A DNA stretch of 64,000 nucleotides. It comes from Rhizophagus irregularis (taxonomy: Eukaryota). A program made the translations under genes and the position numbers. The notes under the pieces were generated by a model. That model saw nothing but the letters and a program-made list of their open reading frames with translations. It did no database searches and was not told where the DNA came from. The stretch spans positions 3,410,001-3,474,000 of the forward strand of contig NC_089432.1 of NCBI RefSeq assembly GCF_026210795.1, in the 5' to 3' direction. Of the stretch, positions 63,239 to 64,000 are shown piece by piece (positions within the stretch are counted from its first letter, which is position 1; every line of letters begins with the position of its first letter).

Positions 63239-64000
63239 TTTTTTTATATTGCCAGCAAATAAATAAAAAAGGCTTGAATATTTTTAATTTTCGCATAGAT
63301 AGGATATATATATTGTATTATCCTCAAATTCTGATTGGTTAAGCTTATGAAAGTTGGCGTTGGCGTTATAATTACATAATAATTATTTACAAAACGCGTT
63401 GTAGTTATCGAAAATATCACGCGTTTTTTAAAGTCAGACTGCCTGTCGTATTTTATCACCTGGTTACTAATTGGTATTCCGCCAGTTCCAATCAGAGTAT
63501 GACCCACGTGACGATCAACAGTACACCAATTCCAAAAAGTAGTCCTTTGCTTTCGCTCCGGCAAAAATCGGAATTTTTTGTTCACAAAACAAGATATTTT
63601 TTTTAAAAAAAGGTGAACTTACACAAATTAACTACGATTCTAAACTCTTATTTTTCAAAACATTTTATCATTAAAAACAGTTACAGTATTTTAAAAAACC
63701 GTTAAATTATTAGATGGTAATATTTTTTATTTTTCAATACTACTTTCGCATCCTTGTATACTTTTTGTACAATCTTTAATTAGTCTACAATTATCATAAT
63801 AGTAATCTTTGCACATGATTAATTTAGATTATATAATAGTTTCTCTATTTTTCTCGTCATGTATTCATATAATATAGTAATTATATACTGTATAATATAA
63901 TCTTGATAATAAATTGACTACGGGTCTTAATTTAATAAAGAAAAATTCATAAAATATAGCTTAAAACAACAACATTTATATAAAAATACAAGAAAAATAA

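Overview
Very AT-rich eukaryotic DNA with short GT-AG introns. The gene families present (Crinkler, tyrosine-kinase-like kinases with Sel1 repeats, BTB-BACK-TLDc, FAR1/MULE transposase) point to an arbuscular mycorrhizal fungus (Glomeromycota, Rhizophagus-like); this is inferred, not searched. Genes or pseudogenes: an MFSD1-like MFS transporter, a CRN P-loop protein, a bromodomain plus PD-(D/E)xK-like nuclease fusion with one in-frame stop, a kinase frameshifted by a TACAGTA transposon footprint, two tandem kinase-Sel1 genes, a MULE transposase, and BACK-TLDc, kinase and MULE remnants. Many non-autonomous mobile elements have readable target-site duplications. They include hAT, Tc1/mariner and AGGACCC-type MITEs, a Helitron, a 4.8-kb foldback element with about 1.6-kb arms, and a 3.9-kb RT-less retroposed element with a 14-bp TSD. 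The most striking signal is at 1-1700, invisible to the ORF track: what looks like an AT-rich tandem repeat is a chain of intron-like units separated by fifteen 3-nt exons (AG|NNN|GT). These join a 99-nt exon into an open frame (...ESKALNDWFGNFVDYWR), i.e. a candidate single-codon micro-exon gene. All exon structures are read from sequence only; none is confirmed by transcripts.
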